The notes beneath the pieces are model-generated. The model saw only the letters and a program-made list of their open reading frames with translations, was not told the origin of the DNA and ran no database searches. The position numbers were made by a program, and so were the translations under genes. A stretch of 64,000 bases of DNA from positions 21,365 through 85,364 of the forward strand of contig JBBRPO010000017.1 of NCBI GenBank assembly GCA_038227865.1, read 5' to 3'. How positions within the stretch are numbered: position 1 is the stretch's first letter; each line of letters opens with the position of its first letter. Positions 29,332 through 38,433 of this stretch are shown piece after piece. Origin of the DNA: Caulobacterales bacterium. Its GTDB lineage: Bacteria; Pseudomonadota; Alphaproteobacteria; Caulobacterales; Caulobacteraceae.

Positions 29332-29360
29332 TTGATTTGTACGGGTAACTCACGTACATT
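29332..29360 (+). promoter_or_regulatory. Sigma70-type promoter with overlapping operator palindrome of the DUF1778/GNAT TA operon
   Basis: TTGATT-N17-TACATT; inverted repeat TGTACG-N9-CGTACA at 29338-29358. Confidence 0.6.
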
Positions 29361-29383
29361 TTATCTTGGAAGAGAGAGTGCTC

Positions 29384-29671
29384 ATGTCCCAGGAACAGAA
29401 CCGCACATCTCGCATCGAGGCGCGGATCGCGCCCGACGCGCTCCTGATCGTGAAGCGCGCCGCTGAAATCCAGGGCCGCAGTGTCAGCGATTTTGTCGTC
29501 GCCGCCGCACGGGATGCGGCTAATCGCACGATCGAAGAAACCCAGATCATCCGTCTCGCCGTCGAGGATCAACGCGCCTTCGCCGAAGCGATCCTGAACC
29601 CGCCCCCTCCTTCTCCTGGTCTGCTACGCGCCGCCGCGGCTCATGGGGGCTTGATCAAGGCGACGCGGTGA
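29384..29671 (+). CDS. DUF1778 (TacA/AtaR-like) RHH antitoxin
   Basis: RIEARI...RAAEIQGRSVSDFVV; GTGA overlap with the GNAT toxin. Confidence 0.9.
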   Translation: MSQEQNRTSRIEARIAPDALLIVKRAAEIQGRSVSDFVVAAARDAANRTIEETQIIRLAVEDQRAFAEAILNPPPPSPGLLRAAAAHGGLIKATR

Positions 29672-30180
29672 GCGCGGGCTTTCGTATCGAAGCCCTGGCG
29701 CCGGCACATGATCGCAAAGGCTTTTCCAGCGGCGTTGAACCGCTGGACCGCTATTTTCGGGAGCTGGTGACGCAGGATAAAAAACGGCGGGTCAGCAACT
29801 GCTTCGTCGCGCTCGACGATAACGATGTCATCGCCGGCTATTACACATTCGCCGCCACCAGCCTTCCGCTGACGGAATTGTCGCCGGAAGAAACCAAACG
29901 CCTGCCGCGTTACGCTTTGATGCCCGCCGCCCTCATCGGGCGGCTCGCTGTCGATCAGCGCTTCCAGGGACAGCGTCTCGGCGGTGCGTTGGTCATGGAC
30001 GCCGCCGCGCGCGCGGCGAGCGGCGGCCCAGCCATTTTTGCCCTCATCGTCGACGCCAAAGATGATCGGGCCGCCGCCTTCTACGAACGCCTCCAATTTC
30101 GCCGTTTCGTTAGCCGGCCGGCGACTTTGTTTCTCCCGATCGCGACCGCCATGCAGGCGCTCGCCAAGGGTGGGAAATGA
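29668..30180 (+). CDS. GNAT acetyltransferase toxin (TacT/AtaT-like)
   Basis: HDRKGFSSG, LIGRLAVDQRFQGQRLG, FYERLQF. Confidence 0.9.
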   Translation: MSAGFRIEALAPAHDRKGFSSGVEPLDRYFRELVTQDKKRRVSNCFVALDDNDVIAGYYTFAATSLPLTELSPEETKRLPRYALMPAALIGRLAVDQRFQGQRLGGALVMDAAARAASGGPAIFALIVDAKDDRAAAFYERLQFRRFVSRPATLFLPIATAMQALAKGGK

Positions 30181-30281
30181 GGCCGGTCCATAAGATCGAG
30201 GTGCTTGCCCCCAAAGCGGACCCGCCGCACGATGGTTTGTATTGGCCAAGCTCGACCGAGGGCAAGCGAGGGGCGAAACCC

Positions 30282-31067
30282 ATGGATGAGGTCGAAGAGC
30301 TGATCCGGCTTTGCGTGCGCGCGCTGATCGCGCAGATGGGCGACGTGCCGGGGGTCGAACTGCACATGACGCGGAACTGCGTGTTGGGTCTGACTGGCGA
30401 GCCCCTGGCCGACTTCAATATGCTGACCCTGGGCGCCGACCTGGACACCGAAGGCTTCCTCACACGGTCGGTGGCGCGCGCGAAAGCGCGAGGGCTGCCG
30501 CTCCTGGCCCTGATGAGTCCCCAATTGGCGCAAGCCCTGGCGCCAGTCGCAACGCGCCTGGGTCTGACGGCCGTGGGTACGTCGCCGCTCATGGTGCTGC
30601 GCGCAAAAACGCCCATCGGGACGCCCGTTCAGCCGAGACGCCCTACGAAAATCACGCGCGCGCTTGGCCCCGAGTTGGTCGGCATCGCCGGCGATCTCGT
30701 CGCTGCCGCCTTCGATGTGCCGCGTGACGCTGTCGCCAGATGCATCGATGTGGTGCTTACCGAGACTGCGGGCGTGGAGACCTATATCGCCTGGGGCGAC
30801 GAGGGACCGATGAGCGCCGTCTCCGTGACGCCCACGGGAAACACGGCGGGGATCTCGCTAATGGCCACGCCGCCGGAGCACCAACGCAAGGGCATGGGCC
30901 GCGCCCTGCTCACCCATGTGATAGACGACTATCGGAGTCGCGGCGTGGAGCGCTTCTACCTGGGTGCCACCAAAGCGGGCCGGCCCCTCTATGCGAGCCT
31001 CGGCTTCGAGGTTGTCGCCGAACTCTCCGCCTGGGTCTTGGGGCACTCAACCCAGGTGCATGGGTAG
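30282..31067 (+). CDS. GNAT family N-acetyltransferase
   Basis: ATPPEHQRKGMG acetyl-CoA motif; GRPLYASLGF. Confidence 0.8.
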   Translation: MDEVEELIRLCVRALIAQMGDVPGVELHMTRNCVLGLTGEPLADFNMLTLGADLDTEGFLTRSVARAKARGLPLLALMSPQLAQALAPVATRLGLTAVGTSPLMVLRAKTPIGTPVQPRRPTKITRALGPELVGIAGDLVAAAFDVPRDAVARCIDVVLTETAGVETYIAWGDEGPMSAVSVTPTGNTAGISLMATPPEHQRKGMGRALLTHVIDDYRSRGVERFYLGATKAGRPLYASLGFEVVAELSAWVLGHSTQVHG

Positions 31068-31081
31068 ATGGAGATCTGACG

Positions 31082-32305
31082 TTACGCCGGTTCGCTGGTC
31101 GCCAACCAACTTGCGACCTCGTTCATCCGAGCCGCCGTCATCCCCATCGCGTGTGCGAACTCCGGCCAGCGTCCAACCGCCTCCCGAACCTCGGTTACGG
31201 TTGTTCCAAGGCGTTTCGCCGATAAACCAGCGGCGACGCCTTCGGCGAGCAGGTTGGCCCGGGTCGGTCTCCTGCCTTCACCGTCGATCGCGAGATAATG
31301 CTCGCCCCCGGGGCCGGGGGAGAACGTCAAATCGAACGCTGGGGCCAGCGACCAGTCCCCGGTCGCGTTCATCAAAAACGCGTGGTTGCGAGCGTGGTCG
31401 TCGCGGTTGTGGGCGATGACATTGAACACCATCCGACGAAACGCGGCTTCGACGGCACGGATGTCGCGCGTGAGATACTGGGTGGCGCGGAGATACTCGC
31501 GGTAGCTGACCGCGGCCCCGTCGGGATCGGCCTGTAACAGCCCGGCTAGCGAATGCAGGTGGAGCGGGCCATCGGCGTCGCGGTCGAACCGTCGGCTAGC
31601 GAAGTGCCCCGGGCCGGTGCGCGACGGTAGCAGCCGGTACGGCGCGACCTCGATCCCCGCCGCGGTCGCCATCGCCGCATAGGCAGCCTCGAGAGCGCCG
31701 ATGTCCTCGGGGTCGCCGGGCGCTCGGAACTTGACCAGCCACGGCTCCAGTCCCGGCGCCGGCGCGGTGGCGAGACTCGCATCGTCCGCTCCCAGCCAGA
31801 CCTGCGCCTTGGGGCGCGCGCCGCCGGCGCTGCCGCCGAGTCGCTGGAGGGCGCCGAGCATGTCCGACGGCTGGCCCGCGATCACCGCCAGCGCCTCCGC
31901 CTGGAGGCGGTCGAGATCGGGCATCGGGAGGGCGTCTTCGGCGATCGTATCGGCCGGCGCGAAGCGGAGCGCGCCGAACCCGCTCTCGCCGACCAGCGCC
32001 AGACGGTCGAGCGGGGTCAGCGTGTTGGGGTCGCGACCGAGTGAACGGAGGCGGCGGTCGAGCAGAAGACGGCCGTAACTCTCGGGCAGGCTGTCGGCGA
32101 ACACCCCGAACATGCCGGCGAACGGTTCGCGCGGCGCGGTCTGGACGCCGGGCCTGGGCGGCAGATGCAGAGGCGACAGCGGCAGGCCGGCGGCGAGAAA
32201 CTCGGGCGCGTATTCGAACAGCGCGCGCCGATCGCGCCATGCGAGGCGGCCGACCTTCAACCGGCGCGCGCCGATGTCGAGTCGAACGTCGAGGAGCGCG
32301 ATCAC
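31082..32305 (-). CDS. hipA: HipA family Ser/Thr kinase toxin
   Basis: FADSLPESYG, GSAGGARPK, WLVKF, SRRFDR, HNRDDHARN, LAPAFDL. Confidence 0.92.
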   Translation of the reverse strand: MIALLDVRLDIGARRLKVGRLAWRDRRALFEYAPEFLAAGLPLSPLHLPPRPGVQTAPREPFAGMFGVFADSLPESYGRLLLDRRLRSLGRDPNTLTPLDRLALVGESGFGALRFAPADTIAEDALPMPDLDRLQAEALAVIAGQPSDMLGALQRLGGSAGGARPKAQVWLGADDASLATAPAPGLEPWLVKFRAPGDPEDIGALEAAYAAMATAAGIEVAPYRLLPSRTGPGHFASRRFDRDADGPLHLHSLAGLLQADPDGAAVSYREYLRATQYLTRDIRAVEAAFRRMVFNVIAHNRDDHARNHAFLMNATGDWSLAPAFDLTFSPGPGGEHYLAIDGEGRRPTRANLLAEGVAAGLSAKRLGTTVTEVREAVGRWPEFAHAMGMTAARMNEVASWLATSEPA

Positions 32306-32592
32306 GACCGCCTGCCCCGCCGACGCGCGGGCGGCGCAATAACCAACTCGTCGAGGCTGGCGAGCGGCGGCGGTGCGAACAAGGCCTCGATGTCGTTGTC
32401 GCGGCCAAGCGCCTGGGCGAGCCGGACGAGGCTCTCGAGCGCGATCTGCCCCGTCGTCTCGAACCGCCGCAGCGAGGCGAGGGTAACCCCCGACCGTGCG
32501 GCAAGCCCGGCCTGGGTCAGATCGGCATCGAGCCGAACCACCCGCAGCCGTGCCGCCACACCGTCAGCCAGCTCGTGAATTGTCTTCAACAT
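32302..32592 (-). CDS. XRE-family HTH antitoxin (HipB-like)
   Basis: LTQAGLAARSGVTLASLRRFETTG; GTGA overlap with hipA. Confidence 0.88.
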   Translation of the reverse strand: MLKTIHELADGVAARLRVVRLDADLTQAGLAARSGVTLASLRRFETTGQIALESLVRLAQALGRDNDIEALFAPPPLASLDELVIAPPARRRGRRS

Positions 32593-32918
32593 CCCAATAT
32601 ATTAGCAGTTATAGCCAGGATTAATAGCCGAACGCCAATATTTTATCACTTTGTACCATGCGTCGGCAGCCTGATCGTGCCAGCCAAGGAACCGGCCGAT
32701 AACTACGCATCCGGATCGCTGGGCGGTCGACCGTTATCATGGGTCGCCGAAATAACGCCGCCCCCATGCGAATACAGCCGTTCGTTGCTATATGGACAAT
32801 ATAAGTAGATCGCACTAACTATCCAAGTCTGATAAATGTTCTGGAGGGGCGCATGAACGGATCGATTGGCGAGAGTCGGGGGAGACCTAACCCCTCGGCC
32901 GCGGCCGAGTAGAGCGCC

Positions 32919-35213
32919 ATGCGGCCTGGGGGCGCGAGAACCGTTCTTGCCTGCGGTCTGCTGCTGGCCGGCGTTGCGGCTGGCGCCGGGGCGGCGGAAA
33001 CAACCGCGGCGCCGATCGGGCGCGTCAGCTTCTCGATAAGCCAGTGCGATACGCCGATTGTCCTGAAGTTCAGCGCGCCGCGAAAACCCGTCGCCGTGCG
33101 CACCGAGGATATTCCCCCATCGGCCGGACACCCGGCCCCCGCCTGGACGCTGACCTGGGACACGCCCGCTCCGGGAGAAGCCGGAATCTCGGAATACAGC
33201 TCGAGCGGGAAATTCAGCAACGGCTGTCCAAGCTCCGCGGGCGTGACAATTCCGGTTTCCGTTCGCGACGCCGCCGGCGTCATGGCCAGGCTATCCATCG
33301 CCGTCGCGCTGGCGCAGCCGGCCAAACCCTGGACGCCGGCTTCGCTCGCCGTCATACTGACCCGGACGCCGATCTATTCCGGTGACGGGCCAGGCTACAC
33401 GATCGACGTTCCCGTCCGGGAGATCGGTGGATCAACGCCGCTGCCGCCCGTCAGCGTCTGGTCGGAGCCCCTGAAGACCTCCGACAACAGTGGCGCGACG
33501 TTCTCGCTGCAGCCGAGCCCGCCCGTGGCCGTGCCGGCCGGCGCCGCGGCGCCGACTTTCGGCATGAGCCTCCGGGCGAAGGGCGATATTCAGCCCGGCG
33601 TCTACTCGACCAATCTGTATTTGACCTATGCCGGTGTTTCGGACGCGAAAGTGACGCCGCTCACCCTAAAGGTCCGGGTCTGGCGCGGCTTTCTGTTCGT
33701 CTTGATCCTCGTCGGTGTCTTGGCCGGCTGGTATCTGAATAAGGTGGTCACCGTGCGCCTCGATCTCGAGACCGCGCGGGCGGCGGCGTTGCGGCAAGCG
33801 CGGACGCTCCTGACCCGAGCCAGCGGCCTGCGCGATCCTGAGGATCAGCGGCGGATCACGCAGATCGCCTACACGCTCCAGACCGGGATCGCCCGCGCCG
33901 CCACCGTCGATGATATCAAGGCGGCGCAATCGGCGGCCGACGACGCGATGGCGTCGGGGGACAAGGCTTCCGCGAGCTTGGCGACGAAGTTTCAGCAGGA
34001 TTTCGCCGCCCAGAAGGCTATCTATCTGCCGCCGGCCCCCTTCGAACCGGCGGTGGCCAGCCGCATCGCTTCTTCCTTGAGCCGCCTGCGGGAGATTGCC
34101 GCCCTGGCGGACTCCGGCGATGTCTCGGACGCTTCAAACGCGTTGAGCGTCAGCACGCCGGCGTTCGAGACCGACACGATCCGAGCGCTGCAAACCTGGA
34201 TGGTTGAGATCCTGGACGGCCTGGCGCTGCTTGGCAATTTGACGGATCCCGACTTCACGGCCGCGCGTGATCGGTTGCGCGGCGATGCGACGACAGCTTT
34301 CAAGGCCGCCAGCGCCGAGGCGATTCTCCCCGCCGCCAACCTCGCCGCGGGGGACTTGCGGGCGTTCGCGCTGCTGACGGCTCCCCCGGCGATCGCGGCG
34401 GCCCTCCAGGCCGCTTCGGACGCGGCCGCCGAGCCCTTGAAGCCGATGTTGCGGGAACTGGCGCGGACGGCGGACGCGTCGGGAGCCTTGGGGGACGCCC
34501 TGGCGATCATCGCCCGGCTGTCTCAGCTGCGACGCCGCGCCGAAGACGCCCTGTTGCAAGTGTCCGACACCGCCGCCATTCGAAGGACGCTGAAGTCTGG
34601 AAATTTCGTGGCCGCCGTCCAGTCCCTGCCCGGCGCGCTGGACAGACTTGCCGCGGCCCCGCAGCGCGCCCTCGTCTCACCCAAGCCGGTGGATCGCGAC
34701 CCGTCCGGCGTATCGGCGCCCTTGGCCGCGCCGGCCCCGCTTATCGTGGCGCCGCCCCGCCTTGAGGTGGGCGAGACGCGGCCTGCCAGCGTCGTGTGGC
34801 CCGCGGGCGCGCCGCCCTCCACGGACGCCGTCAAATGGACCGTGAACCCCACCGATGGCGCTTCCGTGAGCGTTCATGGCTCGGGAGCGGTCGTAAAGGG
34901 CGAGAAGGCCGGTTTCGTCGTCTTGACGGCCGCCGGCGACGGTTGGTCGGTCAGCGCGCCCATCGCCATCGCCGACCCTCTGGCGTTACCCGAAGAGGCC
35001 GCCCAAGACGAGATACGCAAGCTGACCGACGTATTGACCGGCGTGGCGGTCGTCGCGACCACCGGCCTCGGCTATACGCTTTTCCAGCAGACTTGGCTGG
35101 GCACCTTCAACGATGGCTTTGCAGCGGTGATCTGGGGCACATTCGGACAGTTCGGACTCGAGCGGGTGCGAACCGCCGTTCAACCCATACTCACCAAGAC
35201 TCTCGCGGCCTGA
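32919..35213 (+). CDS. Large hypothetical membrane protein (signal peptide, beta-rich region, TM, helical region, Ig-like segment, C-terminal TM pair)
   Basis: 764-aa ORF; TM GFLFVLILVGVLAGWYL; C-terminal hydrophobic pair ending WLGTFNDGFAAVIWG. Confidence 0.75.
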   Translation: MRPGGARTVLACGLLLAGVAAGAGAAETTAAPIGRVSFSISQCDTPIVLKFSAPRKPVAVRTEDIPPSAGHPAPAWTLTWDTPAPGEAGISEYSSSGKFSNGCPSSAGVTIPVSVRDAAGVMARLSIAVALAQPAKPWTPASLAVILTRTPIYSGDGPGYTIDVPVREIGGSTPLPPVSVWSEPLKTSDNSGATFSLQPSPPVAVPAGAAAPTFGMSLRAKGDIQPGVYSTNLYLTYAGVSDAKVTPLTLKVRVWRGFLFVLILVGVLAGWYLNKVVTVRLDLETARAAALRQARTLLTRASGLRDPEDQRRITQIAYTLQTGIARAATVDDIKAAQSAADDAMASGDKASASLATKFQQDFAAQKAIYLPPAPFEPAVASRIASSLSRLREIAALADSGDVSDASNALSVSTPAFETDTIRALQTWMVEILDGLALLGNLTDPDFTAARDRLRGDATTAFKAASAEAILPAANLAAGDLRAFALLTAPPAIAAALQAASDAAAEPLKPMLRELARTADASGALGDALAIIARLSQLRRRAEDALLQVSDTAAIRRTLKSGNFVAAVQSLPGALDRLAAAPQRALVSPKPVDRDPSGVSAPLAAPAPLIVAPPRLEVGETRPASVVWPAGAPPSTDAVKWTVNPTDGASVSVHGSGAVVKGEKAGFVVLTAAGDGWSVSAPIAIADPLALPEEAAQDEIRKLTDVLTGVAVVATTGLGYTLFQQTWLGTFNDGFAAVIWGTFGQFGLERVRTAVQPILTKTLAA

Positions 35214-35215
35214 GA

Positions 35216-35428
35216 TCAGCCCGTCGTGACCGCGCTGAACAGCTTCTGGTAAAGGTCCCCGATCCGCTGCTCGCGGAAATTCGCCACCTTCACCTGCGTG
35301 GGGGACGTGGCGATATAGGGATTGGTCGAGAATCGCTCGGCGATCAGCCGATTGTACTCGGCGAGGTCCTCGTCCGAGGCGCCGGTCTCACGCGCCCGCT
35401 CGACATCTTTTGGCTTAAGAGGTTCCAT
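35216..35428 (-). CDS. Small hypothetical protein (70 aa)
   Basis: ATG at 35428 with an AAGGAG SD directly after the peptidase stop. Confidence 0.6.
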   Translation of the reverse strand: MEPLKPKDVERARETGASDEDLAEYNRLIAERFSTNPYIATSPTQVKVANFREQRIGDLYQKLFSAVTTG

Positions 35429-35439
35429 AGGCAAACTCC

Positions 35440-36357
35440 TTATCGAGACATAATAGCCTGAATCCGGTCCAGCAAGAACTGTCGTGTGAGTCGATCGTGC
35501 TGGCATTTCTCCGGACCGTCCGCCGCCTGCCAGAAATCGTCCATCACCGCGGGATAGGCTGGATCCGAAAGGGCCGGATGGTACGAAACCCAATCCGCCG
35601 GATACGCAAGCGTTCCTCCCCGAGTCGTCGATGAGGCGTATTCGATCCCATCATAGACGCAGAATTGTGCCGGAATCGGTCCGGGTCGCCGTTTATTGAG
35701 ACCGATACCTCCATCGACGTAGAGATCGCCGATCAAACCGTTGCTCCAGCTTGAGGCCGCATGACCAAACTCATGCAGCGCCACGATGGAGACGGCGCTG
35801 ACATGTAAGGCGACGGTTCCTGGCATCGTATTGTCGGGTCTATGCGTCATCTGCAGATCGTCGATCATGAAGTCCCGTCCATCCAGGCCTTCGTTATCCT
35901 GGGTGTACCAGGCGCTGCTGCGATCATGCGAGGCTGAAGCCGTCACGGCAAAGGCGACATCGGCGCGCAGCTTGCCCATCCCATCGACCGTGATGGTCTT
36001 CAGGAACGGGGCGAACTTGTTCTGGCGCGCCACCACGATGTTGGTGTTGTCATGCGCCACAAGGGCGTTGCGATCCAATCGCGGGCGGTCAGGGTCAAAC
36101 ACGCTGATCACCCGGAACTGATCGGCCAGACCGGCCAGCATCGCTTCCGCCTGCCCCGGCAAGCGGCCGAAGACCGATTGCAGGATGTAACCGGCTCGCT
36201 CGTTGAACGAATCCTGATTCAGGACGATTGGATCGGCGACGAACTTGCCGGAACCCTCCGGCGCCTCAATCCAGGGATTGGCGATGATGCAGATCGTATA
36301 GGGCCAACCGCCGTTCGCCTTTTCAGCGCCTGACTGGACCACCGTTATCGTCGCCAT
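35440..36357 (-). CDS. HEXXH zinc metallopeptidase, M64 (IgA peptidase)-like
   Basis: VALHEFGHAA and downstream IGDLY; the family assignment is by resemblance only. Confidence 0.65.
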   Translation of the reverse strand: MATITVVQSGAEKANGGWPYTICIIANPWIEAPEGSGKFVADPIVLNQDSFNERAGYILQSVFGRLPGQAEAMLAGLADQFRVISVFDPDRPRLDRNALVAHDNTNIVVARQNKFAPFLKTITVDGMGKLRADVAFAVTASASHDRSSAWYTQDNEGLDGRDFMIDDLQMTHRPDNTMPGTVALHVSAVSIVALHEFGHAASSWSNGLIGDLYVDGGIGLNKRRPGPIPAQFCVYDGIEYASSTTRGGTLAYPADWVSYHPALSDPAYPAVMDDFWQAADGPEKCQHDRLTRQFLLDRIQAIMSR

Positions 36358-36450
36358 CTCTCCGACCCTCCCGACCGTTGTCCGCTCCGCCCAACACCGA
36401 CGCCGTCGACACTGTTCGCAAACTTGAAAATGTTGTCAACTTGCCGGACG

Positions 36451-36828
36451 ATGACCAAGGGTTCGTGTCTTTGCGGGGCCGTGCGCTTCGAGGTGGCGGT
36501 TCCCTTGCCGCCGCCGGACGCCTGCCATTGCACCCAGTGCCGCAAGCACTCGGGCCACGTCTTTGTGTCCACCGACGTTCCCCGGTCCGCCGTGACGATC
36601 GACGGGGCCGAGAATGTCTCTTGGTATCGCTCTTCAGAGAAGGTGCGGCGCGGGTTCTGCGCGACCTGCGGCTCGTCGCTGTTCTGGGATCCGATCCACA
36701 AGGACTGGATCGGCATCGCCATGGGGGCCTTTGAACAGCCGACCGGCACAAGCGTGGCGATTCATGTCCACGTGGCCGACAAGGGCGACTACTACGAAAT
36801 CGCCGACGGCTTGCCGCAAAAGCCGTAG
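36451..36828 (+). CDS. GFA/CENP-V family protein
   Basis: GSCLCGAV, CHCTQCRK, RGFCATCGS. Confidence 0.9.
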   Translation: MTKGSCLCGAVRFEVAVPLPPPDACHCTQCRKHSGHVFVSTDVPRSAVTIDGAENVSWYRSSEKVRRGFCATCGSSLFWDPIHKDWIGIAMGAFEQPTGTSVAIHVHVADKGDYYEIADGLPQKP

Positions 36829-36855
36829 TAAAGGCGACAAACCGGGAGGCGCGCC

Positions 36856-38433
36856 ATTACCGACAGCGAATTCGACCTGGCGCTCAGCCGCCGCAGGCTG
36901 CTCGCCGCGGCGGGCCTTGGCGGCGGGGCCGCGGTCGCGGCGGCGCTGGCCGATACCGGCGCCGCCCGGGCTGGGACCGCGGCGCGTTCGGCGCTTGATC
37001 CGATAACGACGCCTCCGGTCGCCGGGCTGCATCTGCAGTTCGGCGCCGACGCTTCCGCGGAGATGGTGGTCTCCTGGCACACGCTGCAACCGGTCGGCGG
37101 CGCCCGCGTCATGCTGGGCAGCCTCGACGGCCGGCTCGAGCGGAAGGTGGAAGCCAGGGAAGTCCGCTACACCGATGCCAAGTCCGGCCAGGTCGTCCAT
37201 GCCTATCACGCCAGGATCGGCGGGTTGCGGGCCGACTCCGCCTATCTGTACGGGGCGGTCCACGACGGGGCCGAGCCGGAATTCGGCACGTTCCGCACCG
37301 CCCCGCGCGGCCGCGCGGCGTTCACTTTTACCAGTTTCGGGGATCAGGGCACGCCGACCCTCGGCAGGGCGGGCGCCGCGGGCGCGCCCGCGTTCGTGAA
37401 CGACAACCTGGGCTCACCGGCGGCGGGCGACACCACCATGGGGGTGGAGCGGGTGCGACCGTTGTTCCACCTGTTCAACGGCGATCTCTGCTACGCCAAT
37501 CTGGCCCAGGACAGGGTGCGGACCTGGTGGGATTTCTGGCTGAACAACAGCCGCAGCGCCCGGGGGCGACCGTGGATGCCCTCGCCCGGCAACCATGAGA
37601 ACGAGCTGGGTAATGGGCCGATCGGCTATCAGGCCTATCAGACCTATTTTTGCGTGCCCGAAGCGGCCGGCCAGACGGATCTCACGCGAGGGCTGTGGTA
37701 CGCCTTTACCGCGGGCTCGGTGCGGGTGATCAGCATCGCCAACGACGATGTCACCTATCAGGACGGCGGAGATTCCTACGTTCGGGGCTATTCGGCTGGG
37801 GCGCAAAAGGCCTGGCTGGAAAAGGAACTCGCCGCCACGCGCCGCGACACCAGCATCGACTGGACCGTGGTCTGCATGCATCAGGTCGCCATCTCGACGG
37901 CCGACCATGCCAACGGCGCCGACCTGGGGATCCGCGAGGAATGGGCGCCGTTGTTCGACCGATATGGCGTCGACCTGGTGGTGTGCGGGCACGAGCACCA
38001 CTACGAGCGTTCGCACCCGATCCGCGGCTGCGAACCGGGCGCCGTCACCCGCACCCCGATCGCCGTGGCGACCGCCACCGACGTGATCGACACCAGCCGG
38101 GGCACGGTCCACATGGTGATCGGCGGCGGCGGCACGTCCCGCCCGTCCAACCAGCTGTTCCTCACCCCGCCGCGATGCCGGGTGATCACCTCGGTTGGCG
38201 AGCGCGACCCGAAGACGGGCAAGCGTCCCCCGGTCTATGTGGAGGAGCACGCGCCCTGGTCGGCGGTGCGCAACGCCGAACACGCCTATGGCTTCGCGGC
38301 GTTCAGCGTCGACCCTGGGTCAAATCGCGGGGGCCTGACCACGATCAAGGTTACCTACTATGATGTGGTGGGTCCGGACGGACGGTTGTCCCCGTTCGAA
38401 ACCTTCACGCTCAGCCGCCCCCGTCGCGATTGA
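36856..38433 (+). CDS. Tat-exported purple acid phosphatase-like metallophosphoesterase; probable ATT start
   Basis: GDQG, GDLCY, GNHE, GHEH motifs; Tat motif SRRRLL lies upstream of the first ATG (37063); ATT at 36856 follows GGGAGG. Confidence 0.85.
   Translation: MTDSEFDLALSRRRLLAAAGLGGGAAVAAALADTGAARAGTAARSALDPITTPPVAGLHLQFGADASAEMVVSWHTLQPVGGARVMLGSLDGRLERKVEAREVRYTDAKSGQVVHAYHARIGGLRADSAYLYGAVHDGAEPEFGTFRTAPRGRAAFTFTSFGDQGTPTLGRAGAAGAPAFVNDNLGSPAAGDTTMGVERVRPLFHLFNGDLCYANLAQDRVRTWWDFWLNNSRSARGRPWMPSPGNHENELGNGPIGYQAYQTYFCVPEAAGQTDLTRGLWYAFTAGSVRVISIANDDVTYQDGGDSYVRGYSAGAQKAWLEKELAATRRDTSIDWTVVCMHQVAISTADHANGADLGIREEWAPLFDRYGVDLVVCGHEHHYERSHPIRGCEPGAVTRTPIAVATATDVIDTSRGTVHMVIGGGGTSRPSNQLFLTPPRCRVITSVGERDPKTGKRPPVYVEEHAPWSAVRNAEHAYGFAAFSVDPGSNRGGLTTIKVTYYDVVGPDGRLSPFETFTLSRPRRD

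Noticed and set aside
32593-32660. HipB operator palindromes
   Set aside because: AT-rich with short AATATT palindromes only; no convincing repeated operator.
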